Part shown: positions 55,159 to 63,487 of the stretch, one piece after another | How the letters are laid out: each line of letters opens with the position of its first letter | How positions within the stretch are numbered: position 1 is the stretch's first letter | NCBI GenBank assembly: GCA_036840065.1 | Contig: DAITZZ010000003.1 | Span: 28,378-92,377, forward strand | Direction of reading: 5' to 3' | DNA from: a bacterium | GTDB lineage: Bacteria; Bacteroidota; Ignavibacteria; Kapaibacteriales; Kapaibacteriaceae | DNA length: 64,000 bases | Made by a program: the position numbers and the translations under genes | Notes under the pieces: generated by a model | What the model saw: only the letters and a program-made list of their open reading frames with translations | What the model was told of the DNA's origin: nothing | Database searches by the model: none

Positions 55159-55645
55159 GGCAGCGTCATCATCATCGCTCCCCAAGGTGTCCGGCGCAGG
55201 ACGTCGCATCGGAATCTGCCTCGCTCGGTGGCATCGCGACATTGTTGACGAACTTCATGCCGGGGCTATGGATGTGCTCATCGCGAGTGGCGTGAGCGCC
55301 TCTGATATCGTTGTTGTCGAATGTCCGGGTAGCTACGAACTCCCTGTCGCGGCGCTTCACCTGATCGAGAACGCCGGTGTCGACGCTGTTCTTGCCTTTG
55401 GCGTGGTGGTACGCGGCGAGACCGCGCACTTTGAATACGTCTCCTCGCCGGTTGCCCATGGACTGATGGACATCTCTGTCTCCACCGGCGTACCGTGCCT
55501 GTTTGGTGTGCTGACGACGGAGACCATTGAGCAGGCGCGCGAGCGCTGTGGAGGCATTCACGGCCACAAAGGCCGTGAGGCCGCTCAGGGGGCTCTGCAG
55601 CTGCTGCACTCACTCAGCGCGCTAACGACCAGCGAAAAATCATAA
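55151..55645 (+). CDS. ribH: 6,7-dimethyl-8-ribityllumazine synthase
   Basis: …RIGICLARWHRDIVDELHAGAMDVLIASGVSASDIVVVECPGSYELPVAALHLIENAGVDAVLAFGVVVRGETAHFEYVSSPVAHGLMDISVSTGVPCLFGVLTTE… The start is Met7 (MTEAAS), overlapping the PHP gene stop. Confidence 0.9.
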   Translation: MTEAASSSSLPKVSGAGRRIGICLARWHRDIVDELHAGAMDVLIASGVSASDIVVVECPGSYELPVAALHLIENAGVDAVLAFGVVVRGETAHFEYVSSPVAHGLMDISVSTGVPCLFGVLTTETIEQARERCGGIHGHKGREAAQGALQLLHSLSALTTSEKS

Positions 55646-55661
55646 AGCAACGGCCGGTTCG

Positions 55662-57974
55662 TTGACTATGCGGTTGATTTCATCACAGCCCCGTATGATC
55701 ATGACTTGTTCGACCCCACGTCCGGCGTTCCTGCTCGTATGTCTCCTTCTGTCTGTTGTCTCACCGATACGGTCGTGGACGCAGGAGATACGGCTTAGTG
55801 ACTGGACAACGATCTCCTCACTCTACACCGTGAACGCTATCGATGTGGACTCATCAGGCCGAGTGTGGGCTGCAACGACCGGTGGTGTTGTGACCTATGA
55901 TGAGGGCAGCGGTCAGATACGGGAGTTTCGCAACGTCAATGCACTGCAGACACTCGATTGCTCATCGGTGTTCTGCGACCAGCGACGCGGCCAGGTGTTC
56001 ATCGGGCAGCGCGACGGTGCTCTTGATATCTACCGTCGCGACGGAACATGGACTGGGATCCGCGACATCCGTCGCGCAACGGAGTATCCCAAACGAGCCA
56101 TCACGGACTTTGCGCAGCGTGGAGATTCTCTGCTGATCGCCACCGAGTTCGGACTTGTCATCTGGGACATGCGCCGCGAAGTGTTCATCACCACCATCGA
56201 TCGCATCGGATCGCTCGAAGAGAACACGCCCGTTCGCTCGATCTGCCTCTATGCTGACTCCCTCTGGGTTGCCACCGATAGCGGCGTGGCCGTTGCACCT
56301 CTGAATGTGCCAACACTCAGGCTGCCCTCCGTCTGGCGGATCTTGTCCTCATCAAGCGCATTCGATGGCACCGAAGTCCGGCTCTGCCGCAACAATGGAT
56401 CAGAGCTTGCCGTGGCCACGCGCCGTGGACTGTATGTGCGTTCAGGGGGCATGTTCGTTTCCAGACTGACGACATCGGCCGACATTACTTCGCTGAACAA
56501 AACGGGAACGTCATGGGAAGTGGCAACCGCCACCAGCATCCTCACAGATGCCGGTGCAACGCTTACACCAAATACTGACGGGCCGATGCGCTTTGTGATC
56601 TCTCGGACGATCATGGGGCGCCCCCTTCGCTTTATCGCCGTTGAAGGAAAGGGCTTTGGCGTCAGTGAGGATGGTGCAGCAGTCCGGATGGCTCCCATCC
56701 GCACACCTTCGTCAAATCAATTCGCTGATCTGTCGGTGGACTCGCGCGGAAATCTCTGGGTTGCCACCGATGACAACCCTGGACGCGGCTTTGGAGGTCA
56801 GGGCGTATCGTGGTTTGACGGAACCACATGGAGGACCATCAACACGGCCAATCAGCCCCTTTTGCTCTCCAACAACTGTTACCGCGTCAGCTCCGTATCA
56901 GATGGCTCCACGTGGGTGGGCACTTGGGGTCGCGGAGCAATTCGATGTGTACCGAGCGATACCGGTCTTGCGGTCGAGCGATATGGCTTCGATAACTCCT
57001 CGCTTTCCGGCGTATCGGGAGACTCGACCTATGTGCTGGTCTCCGGTGCCGAGATCGACCGCTTTGGGCGCACGTGGCTGCTCAACGAACAGGCCTCCAA
57101 TCAGCTGCTGGCCGTGCGGAGCGCCACCGATTGGACATCCAGAGCCAACTGTACGAACCCTCGTGATAACGTCGTGCGATACATGGCCATCGATCTTGGT
57201 GGAACAGTCTGGCTCGGTGGACATCAGGGCCTGGGCCTGATCGCCTACAATGATCGCAATACCACGCGCACCGACGACGACCTGTGCAACAAGCTCACGA
57301 CGGGTAACTCGCAGTTACCCGATAACTCCATAACGGCCCTTGCCGTTGATCTCAACGGCGCGCTGTGGATCGGGACATCGAAGGGATTGTCGGTGATCAC
57401 CTCCACCGGCTCCGTTTCGAGCTCGACCATCCCATTCGTGCGGCGCGTCTCAGCGTTGTCCTCAGCGACGGTCGTCACCGATATTCATGTCGATGCACTG
57501 AATTACAAGTGGATAGCCTCAACAAGTGGCGTTTTCGTTCTCGACCCCTCGGGAACACAGGTCGTTGCCACGGTTACTTCCAGCACCAGCCCCCTACTGA
57601 GTGATAACGTGCGCTGTCTCGTGCTTGACGAAACAAGCGGTCTGGCGTACTTCGGTACAGCTGGCGGATGTTCGGTTGCCCGCACATCCTCAATGCGCCC
57701 CTTGCCGGACTTTGCTCTCTCGTGTTACCCGCAACCGTTTTCCGTGGGTGGCGACCGTCAGATGGTGATCGATGGTCTTGCACCAGACAGCGACGTCAAG
57801 ATCATGACCATTGCCGGAACAATGGTCGCTGCGCTTCAACTGCGTGGGCGCCAGGCTATCTGGGACGGCCAGGACGTTGGAGGCAACACTGTTCCTCCGG
57901 GGATCTATATCGTCAGCGCTTCGAGCGCCAGCGCCGGTACGGCAGCCGTGACGAAGTTCGCTGTCACCCGCTAG
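55662..57974 (+). CDS. Secreted two-component-regulator-propeller (Reg_prop) repeat protein with T9SS C-terminal sorting domain
   Basis: Signal peptide (…RPAFLLVCLLLSVVSPIRSWTQE). Many Reg_prop-like units (VWAATTGGVVTYDEGSG, LWVATDSGVAVAP, NLWVATDDNPGRG, TWVGTWGRGAIRC, LWIGTSKGLSVIT, KWIASTSGVFVLDPSG, AYFGTAGGCSVA). The C-terminal tail …CYPQPFSVGGDRQMVIDGLAPDSDVKIMTIAGTMVAALQLRGRQAIWDGQDVGGNTVPPGIYIVSA…KFAVTR. Confidence 0.8.
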   Translation: MTMRLISSQPRMIMTCSTPRPAFLLVCLLLSVVSPIRSWTQEIRLSDWTTISSLYTVNAIDVDSSGRVWAATTGGVVTYDEGSGQIREFRNVNALQTLDCSSVFCDQRRGQVFIGQRDGALDIYRRDGTWTGIRDIRRATEYPKRAITDFAQRGDSLLIATEFGLVIWDMRREVFITTIDRIGSLEENTPVRSICLYADSLWVATDSGVAVAPLNVPTLRLPSVWRILSSSSAFDGTEVRLCRNNGSELAVATRRGLYVRSGGMFVSRLTTSADITSLNKTGTSWEVATATSILTDAGATLTPNTDGPMRFVISRTIMGRPLRFIAVEGKGFGVSEDGAAVRMAPIRTPSSNQFADLSVDSRGNLWVATDDNPGRGFGGQGVSWFDGTTWRTINTANQPLLLSNNCYRVSSVSDGSTWVGTWGRGAIRCVPSDTGLAVERYGFDNSSLSGVSGDSTYVLVSGAEIDRFGRTWLLNEQASNQLLAVRSATDWTSRANCTNPRDNVVRYMAIDLGGTVWLGGHQGLGLIAYNDRNTTRTDDDLCNKLTTGNSQLPDNSITALAVDLNGALWIGTSKGLSVITSTGSVSSSTIPFVRRVSALSSATVVTDIHVDALNYKWIASTSGVFVLDPSGTQVVATVTSSTSPLLSDNVRCLVLDETSGLAYFGTAGGCSVARTSSMRPLPDFALSCYPQPFSVGGDRQMVIDGLAPDSDVKIMTIAGTMVAALQLRGRQAIWDGQDVGGNTVPPGIYIVSASSASAGTAAVTKFAVTR

Positions 57975-57995
57975 GACAACCGTCGACAAACAAAA

Positions 57996-58026
57996 AACGG
58001 CCGCTCGAGGTGAGCGGCCGTTCTAT
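57996..58026. terminator. Bidirectional rho-independent terminator hairpin (AACGGCCGCTC-gaggt-GAGCGGCCGTT) flanked by an A-run upstream and T-rich sequence downstream
   Basis: Seen directly between the Reg_prop gene end (57974) and the tRNA gene: caaaaaacggccgctcgaggtgagcggccgttctat. The coordinates are approximate. Confidence 0.55.
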
Positions 58027-58030
58027 GCTG

Positions 58031-58115
58031 TGCGGAAGACGGGACTTGAACCCGTACGCCCTTGCGAGCGCCACCCCCTCAAGATGGTGCGTCTGCCAAT
58101 TTCGCCACTTCCGCA
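58031..58115 (-). tRNA. tRNA-Leu (anticodon GAG), type II with long variable arm
   Basis: The reverse complement reads GCGGAAGTGGCGAAATTGGCAGACGCACCATCTTGAGGGGGTGGCGCTCGCAAGGGCGTACGGGTTCAAGTCCCGTCTTCCGCA. It has a 7-bp acceptor stem, a D-arm, the anticodon loop TTGAGGG (GAG), a long variable stem-loop, the T-arm GGTTCAAGTCC and discriminator A. CCA is not encoded. The coordinates are approximate to within 1-2 nt. Confidence 0.8.
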
Positions 58116-58181
58116 GAGGGACTGCGAAAATAGTGATGTCGGCCCTGACGGCAAAACGTAAACGTGCCTAATCTTCAACCT

Positions 58182-59744
58182 TTACCGTGAGATCGTCAGC
58201 GGCGCGACCGAGCGCACACCGTTGATCATCACACAGCAGACATACGAGCCACTGACCAGATCAGAGACGACAACGCTGTGTGTACCAGGGGCAAGCCTGT
58301 CGGTCAGCAGTGTCTTGATGTGACGACCATCGTGAGCATAGACTTCGACCGTCGTTACACTGTTGACCGGCTGATACCACTCGATCGTTGCCTGGCTTGA
58401 CGCAGGATTCGGAGCAACGCGCACATCCACGCCGACACGTCCCTCGTAGGCGTCATCCACGCTTGTTGTGCGCTGAAGCACGCCGAGTGGGAGCACTCGA
58501 TCCTGCAAAACACTTTCTGTTTCCTGAGGAGTGCCACCGAACCAGTTCTCGAGCACGTCTGCGTACACGCGGCGGTAGTCCCATTGATATCGAACATCTC
58601 CGTTTCCATCAAAGTTGTTCAGATCCGGGCTTTGTCCGTACACACCTGCACGCACGCCATTGCCGAAGACGAACTGCACAGAGGCGGCACCGTGATCGGT
58701 GCCACGGCTTCCATTCTCAAATGGTGTTCTACCAAACTCCGAGACCGTCATACCGACCACACGATCAGCGAATCCCTGTGCCAGTGCATCCTGCATGAAG
58801 CTACCGATGCCGGATGCAAGCTGACCAAGCAGATATGGATGCAGACCATTCTGATACTCGTCCTGCTGCTGCACGTGTGTATCGAAACCGCCCATGTACA
58901 CAAGGAAGATCTTCGACTTCAAACCACCGCTGATGAGACGTGCAACGAGTTTCATCTGTTGAACAAACCCACCATCGACGTACGTGGCAACGTTCTTTCC
59001 CTTGTCGAACGAGTTTTTCACCACCGATGAATACCGATCACACTGTTCGGCTACTGTGCGGACAAAATTGAACTCCCGTCCGTAGCGCGTCTCTTCGGAC
59101 ATCGGTGTCATGTCAGGCGACAGACCCTGGCCAAGCTCGAAGAACGTCTTCGGATCCGTCAGTGCGATGCCGATGTCGCCCTTTGGACTCTGGAGCAACA
59201 TCGACAGTGAGCCCCCTATCTGCACAGCGATAGGGTCAGGGGGCAATACTTCCGGGAAGCCCTCGATGTGATTGGACCAATAGCGCCCAAGCCAGCCATC
59301 GAGAAGTCGAACTTCTGGGTCAGACGAGTTAAACCCGCTCAGCCAGATATCGGTGGATCGGAAGTGCGACAGATTGGGATTCTCGTATCCGATATCCTGG
59401 ATGATCGCCAGCCGTCCGTCTTCGAACATCTGCGGGAATCCGTAGCTATCCTTGGGTGCCAGAGCCGGGTGCATGTGCACACGCGACAGGACGCTGATGG
59501 CTTTGTCCTTCGGCACCGCAATGGTTGGGCGGATGGCATAATACTGGGGATCCTCCACGGGGATGATCGTATTGAGTCCGTCATTACCACCGAACAGCTG
59601 CACAACGATCAAGCAGCGGTCATCGTCGGGCTGCAGCTGAACGGGCATGTTCATGGGCGTGAAGGCCTTCAGAGGAACACCACCGAGGACTTGCGTGCCA
59701 ACGGCTGCGGCTGCGGTAGTTGCGAGGAAGGAGCGGCGCTTCAT
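58182..59744 (-). CDS. DUF1501 family protein with twin-arginine signal peptide and T9SS C-terminal sorting domain
   Basis: Tat motif MKRRSFLATTAAAAVGTQVLG (Met36 of the track ORF). A DUF1501/sulfatase-like core (…LVYMGGFDTHVQQ…SEFGRTPFENGSRGTDHGAAS…). The C-terminal tail RVAPNPASSQATIEWYQPVNSVTTVEVYAHDGRHIKTLLTD…GSYVCCVMINGVRSVAPLTISR. Confidence 0.8.
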   Translation of the reverse strand: MKRRSFLATTAAAAVGTQVLGGVPLKAFTPMNMPVQLQPDDDRCLIVVQLFGGNDGLNTIIPVEDPQYYAIRPTIAVPKDKAISVLSRVHMHPALAPKDSYGFPQMFEDGRLAIIQDIGYENPNLSHFRSTDIWLSGFNSSDPEVRLLDGWLGRYWSNHIEGFPEVLPPDPIAVQIGGSLSMLLQSPKGDIGIALTDPKTFFELGQGLSPDMTPMSEETRYGREFNFVRTVAEQCDRYSSVVKNSFDKGKNVATYVDGGFVQQMKLVARLISGGLKSKIFLVYMGGFDTHVQQQDEYQNGLHPYLLGQLASGIGSFMQDALAQGFADRVVGMTVSEFGRTPFENGSRGTDHGAASVQFVFGNGVRAGVYGQSPDLNNFDGNGDVRYQWDYRRVYADVLENWFGGTPQETESVLQDRVLPLGVLQRTTSVDDAYEGRVGVDVRVAPNPASSQATIEWYQPVNSVTTVEVYAHDGRHIKTLLTDRLAPGTHSVVVSDLVSGSYVCCVMINGVRSVAPLTISR

Positions 59745-59781
59745 CGATGATCCTTTTTCGTTTCGTTTCTCGGGTGATGTC

Positions 59782-61389
59782 TTAACAAAGTTGGAAGTCC
59801 GGTGCCACAGCGAGCGTCTTGAGCAGCGCACGCAGAGAGCGAGCAGCACTTGCAGGCTGATTCAGCTTTTCAGCCCACGTGTAGTCGGGCTGACCTTCCA
59901 GAAGCGTGTTTTTGTAGAAAGCCAGGCGCGTCTCATTGACCGGTAGCGGCAGGAAATACTGAACGATGCTCTGCACGAACTTCGTCACGTCCTCATAGTC
60001 CGGCATTTCCTTGATCAGCTGCATTGCTCTTGCGTCGGTGAGCGTATCGATCATTTTTCGAGCGAACTCCCGCCGGCGAGGGTAGGTGTTGGTTGATATC
60101 CACGACCGGTATCCCGGCCATCCGGCCACATTTGGCGGATCGAACAGCGCCTGATCCATCAGGCCTGCCCACGATGCAGAATCGATAGGCGCAACCTCCG
60201 TGTCATCAAACCGCAGCTGCTTGAGTAGACCGATCACATACTCCATCGGCGTCTTGATCTGCGCTCCACGCAGCGCAGGGTCAAAGAAGTGCTTACTGAT
60301 GAACAAACTCAGAAACAGCTCGCGGAGATCGAAATCCGAATCGCGGAATACTTTGGCCAGATCCGCAACGAACTGTCGATCGATCTCGGCAGCGGAGCTG
60401 TAGACGAAGTACATGTAAACTTTGCCGGCGATAAACCTTGAGACCGCCTCGGGTCGTGCCCTGAAAATGATGTTGATCAGCTCACGGACCTCTTCGTTGC
60501 GAACCTGAAACTCCGTGTTGTTATCAGCTGTGCGGGCCGGAATGGTCACGCCCATGAATTCCTTGGCACCCGTGTCGTGCTTCCTGGCATCGAACCACGT
60601 GTTGTAGATGCCCTTGGGCGCGGGCTGATCATTGAACCTGGCAACCTTCCAACCGGTGAGCACGCGTGCGGCCTGCTCAACGTCGCCCTCGGTGTACCAG
60701 CCAATGCCCGTCGTGTAGAGCTCCATGAGTTCTCGGGCATAGTTTTCATTCGGCCTGCCGGCATCATTCAACCATCCGCCGAGATAGAACAGCATGGCAT
60801 GATCGAGAGTGATGTCGAGCGCCATATCACGGAAGTTTCCGAGACGGTCTTTCCGGAAGGTCAGGTACTGATTGTAGAGCGTGTGCGGTTGCGAGTACTG
60901 ATCGTCAAAACTGAACTCTGTTGTCCAGTGCCCAACCCAGAAATGGGCAAGGCGCTCCACCGAGAGCGGGTCACGCAGCGACTCGAACGTATGCCATGCA
61001 GACAGGCGGCGATAGTTGTTTCCCCACCAGCTTCTGATGGCAAATGCCGCCTGCAGATCTGCCCCTTCGGGGTTCTCTGTGTAGTCGACCATCTGCCCCG
61101 TGGCCGGGTCACGCCACTTGATGAAGTTCACGTCGCGCAGCGGTGCCGGGGGATCCTTCGGCCCAAGCAGCTGTGTAACGACCTGACGTGCCGTCTTGCC
61201 AACCTGCTTCTGGGCATCGGGCATCGAGACGCTGTAGCTGAGCCGGCGATACAGATGCAGAACGTCATCAAGCGTCAGTGGATCGGTATGCTCCTCTATC
61301 CCACCTTCGACCTGCAGTTTGATCTCAAACGGTGCGGTCGGCCGGATGGATGAGCGCGCTATGCTGCTGAAGAGTTCACGTCGTTTCAT
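59782..61389 (-). CDS. DUF1800 family protein
   Basis: …ELMELYTTGIGWYTEGDVEQAARVLTGWKV…DQALFDPPNVAGWPGYRSWISTNTYPRRREFARKM… typical of DUF1800. It forms the usual DUF1800-DUF1501 gene pair. Confidence 0.8.
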   Translation of the reverse strand: MKRRELFSSIARSSIRPTAPFEIKLQVEGGIEEHTDPLTLDDVLHLYRRLSYSVSMPDAQKQVGKTARQVVTQLLGPKDPPAPLRDVNFIKWRDPATGQMVDYTENPEGADLQAAFAIRSWWGNNYRRLSAWHTFESLRDPLSVERLAHFWVGHWTTEFSFDDQYSQPHTLYNQYLTFRKDRLGNFRDMALDITLDHAMLFYLGGWLNDAGRPNENYARELMELYTTGIGWYTEGDVEQAARVLTGWKVARFNDQPAPKGIYNTWFDARKHDTGAKEFMGVTIPARTADNNTEFQVRNEEVRELINIIFRARPEAVSRFIAGKVYMYFVYSSAAEIDRQFVADLAKVFRDSDFDLRELFLSLFISKHFFDPALRGAQIKTPMEYVIGLLKQLRFDDTEVAPIDSASWAGLMDQALFDPPNVAGWPGYRSWISTNTYPRRREFARKMIDTLTDARAMQLIKEMPDYEDVTKFVQSIVQYFLPLPVNETRLAFYKNTLLEGQPDYTWAEKLNQPASAARSLRALLKTLAVAPDFQLC

Positions 61390-63377
61390 CGATCTCTCAA
61401 CGGAGTTGTGATTTGCAGTGTTACAGTTCGACAGTAGAACCGTCCCTCGGGAAGCGAGTTATCGAACAGAGACGGGTTGGGTCCGACGCCCTGAACACCT
61501 TCAATGTTCAGCGAAGGGGCTATCGAACGTACGAAGTTTTCAACGGATTTCGCCCGGTCGATCGACAGCTGCATGTTGTGATCGAACTCACCAAGGCGAT
61601 CGGTCGAGCCGACGATGGTCGCCCGGCTGCCGTCGCCGGTCGAGGCCGACACCACACGGCGCATCATTTCCTGATTCTGCGCCGAGATATCGGCGCGGTC
61701 ATAGTCAAACACGATCAGACTCAGGCGGCTGACCTCAAAGTTGCTCACAGTCTTGATGACGGGAAAACTGGTGGCTCCCCGGGCGTCACCATAGCGCGGC
61801 TGGCGCACGTCGAGATTGGCCGTCAGCGTATCGGTTGTGCCCATGATGGGACCGAGCTTGTCGGTCATCTCCTGCGTCAGGTCGAACACGATCTTCGAAG
61901 GGGGCATCAGAGGTCCACTTCGCTGAGCAAGCATCAGCCCCTTGTGAAGAACATCAAGCTTCCAACCGTCGGCACGTTCAGGATTTGTTACGTCAGTTGT
62001 AAATGTGTGCTGACTCTGCACGGGAACGTATTCGTTGAAGCGTGTGTGGACGATCGGGTCAAGGAGCCGCACATCCGACGATGATAGTTCAACGCGGCGG
62101 TTCTCCTCAGCCCCTTCTGCATAGAGCTCGTTGGAGGCAATGGCCGGACGTTCGCTCACCCGCACGCGCAGGCGATCGCTGCTGATGTTCCAGCGGCTCT
62201 GCAGGTACGCCGCTATGCTCTCGGCGCGCTCGCGGGCGATCCGCGATCGCTGTTCGGCAGAGGATCCCTCGGCACCGTCGCTGGTGCCCGTCAGGTCCAG
62301 CGTCGCCGTGCGATTTTGCTTGAGCCGCGCCCCAAGCACATCAAGGATCCGGTAATAGATCGGGAGCGTCTCGCGCGGGAGCGTGCGCTCGTCGAAGTTC
62401 TCCGTCGAAGACGACTGACGATATGACGCCCTGAGCGCCGTCGAGGCACTGTCGAAGAACACATACGGCAACAGCGGAAATGTCTGCGTCACGACAGTCT
62501 CACGAATCTCCAATGGAATGGTCGTTACCGAGGCGATCACGGCTGGAACGATCTCCGGCGCAGACTGGGCGATCGGCTCCGGCTCGGGCTCGGGAGCCGG
62601 TGGTGGCGGTGGCGGCTCCTCTGCGGGCGGTTCCGGCGCGTCGATCAGACGGTAGCGCAGCTGTATGCCGCCACCGATGATCGTCTGTTCCCAGGTGGCG
62701 GCCGAGCTCAGCGATCCAAGTCCGTGACGGTAGAAGATCTCCGGACCGATCTCGAGGTTACTGCCGATGTTGAATGCTGCGCCAATCGCACCAGTTATAC
62801 CCATCGACGTGCCGAGGCCGGCAAACTCACCCGACCCGACAGTGCGCCGCTTGACGTTCTCGGGGTAGAGGACCGACTCGGGACTGACGATCTCCTCGGT
62901 CTGTGAAAAGTCCGACGATACAACCGGATTGCCAGCATCAAATGTGGCGCGGATGTACACCGGCAACCAACTGATCGGACGTGAGCGCAGGCTGGCCTCA
63001 ATGCTGACATAGCCGAGCGAGCTCTCAAAGACATGTTCCTGGACAAGGGGCTTGTAGATGTTGTCGATCGGATCGAGAACTTCAAACCCCGCCTGCGTCT
63101 GCGTCATGAGCCGCGCAGGCCTCTTGGCATAGAGCAGTCCGCCGCCAACCTCGAGCAGTTCGCCGAACAGCTCATAGTCACCGAAAAGCGAGGCATACAT
63201 GCCTGACGAAACGCCGCTGGAGAACGCTCCGCAGTCCCCCGCCCCAAAGAGGACCGGGATCGCGGTGGCATTCGATACTGAAAGGTAGCCGCCACGGACG
63301 CCGATGGAAGCGACCTGGGCTTCGGCCCACGTCACGAGAATGAACACACATGTGATCGCCGCGGCGATTCCCCTCAT
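61386..63377 (-). CDS. OmpA-family outer membrane protein: N-terminal beta-barrel, Pro/Glu-rich linker, two tandem OmpA-like C-terminal domains
   Basis: Signal peptide MRGIAAAITCVFILVTWAEAQ. The linker PPAEEPPPPPPAPEPEPEP. OmpA-like segments (…TLDLTGTSDGAEGSSAEQRSRIARERAESIAAYLQ…NRRVEL… and …ATIVGSTDRLGEFDHNMQLSIDRAKSVENFV…). It overlaps the DUF1800 start by 4 nt. Confidence 0.75.
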   Translation of the reverse strand: MRGIAAAITCVFILVTWAEAQVASIGVRGGYLSVSNATAIPVLFGAGDCGAFSSGVSSGMYASLFGDYELFGELLEVGGGLLYAKRPARLMTQTQAGFEVLDPIDNIYKPLVQEHVFESSLGYVSIEASLRSRPISWLPVYIRATFDAGNPVVSSDFSQTEEIVSPESVLYPENVKRRTVGSGEFAGLGTSMGITGAIGAAFNIGSNLEIGPEIFYRHGLGSLSSAATWEQTIIGGGIQLRYRLIDAPEPPAEEPPPPPPAPEPEPEPIAQSAPEIVPAVIASVTTIPLEIRETVVTQTFPLLPYVFFDSASTALRASYRQSSSTENFDERTLPRETLPIYYRILDVLGARLKQNRTATLDLTGTSDGAEGSSAEQRSRIARERAESIAAYLQSRWNISSDRLRVRVSERPAIASNELYAEGAEENRRVELSSSDVRLLDPIVHTRFNEYVPVQSQHTFTTDVTNPERADGWKLDVLHKGLMLAQRSGPLMPPSKIVFDLTQEMTDKLGPIMGTTDTLTANLDVRQPRYGDARGATSFPVIKTVSNFEVSRLSLIVFDYDRADISAQNQEMMRRVVSASTGDGSRATIVGSTDRLGEFDHNMQLSIDRAKSVENFVRSIAPSLNIEGVQGVGPNPSLFDNSLPEGRFYCRTVTLQITTPLRDR

Positions 63378-63487
63378 TGCAGCTCCGATAGGTCAAAACG
63401 GCACGGGGGAAACTACCAGTTTTCCGCGCAGGATTCAACCTCAAAACGCGCCATGCACGCCATCAGACGTCAGCAGTCGCAGGGGGC

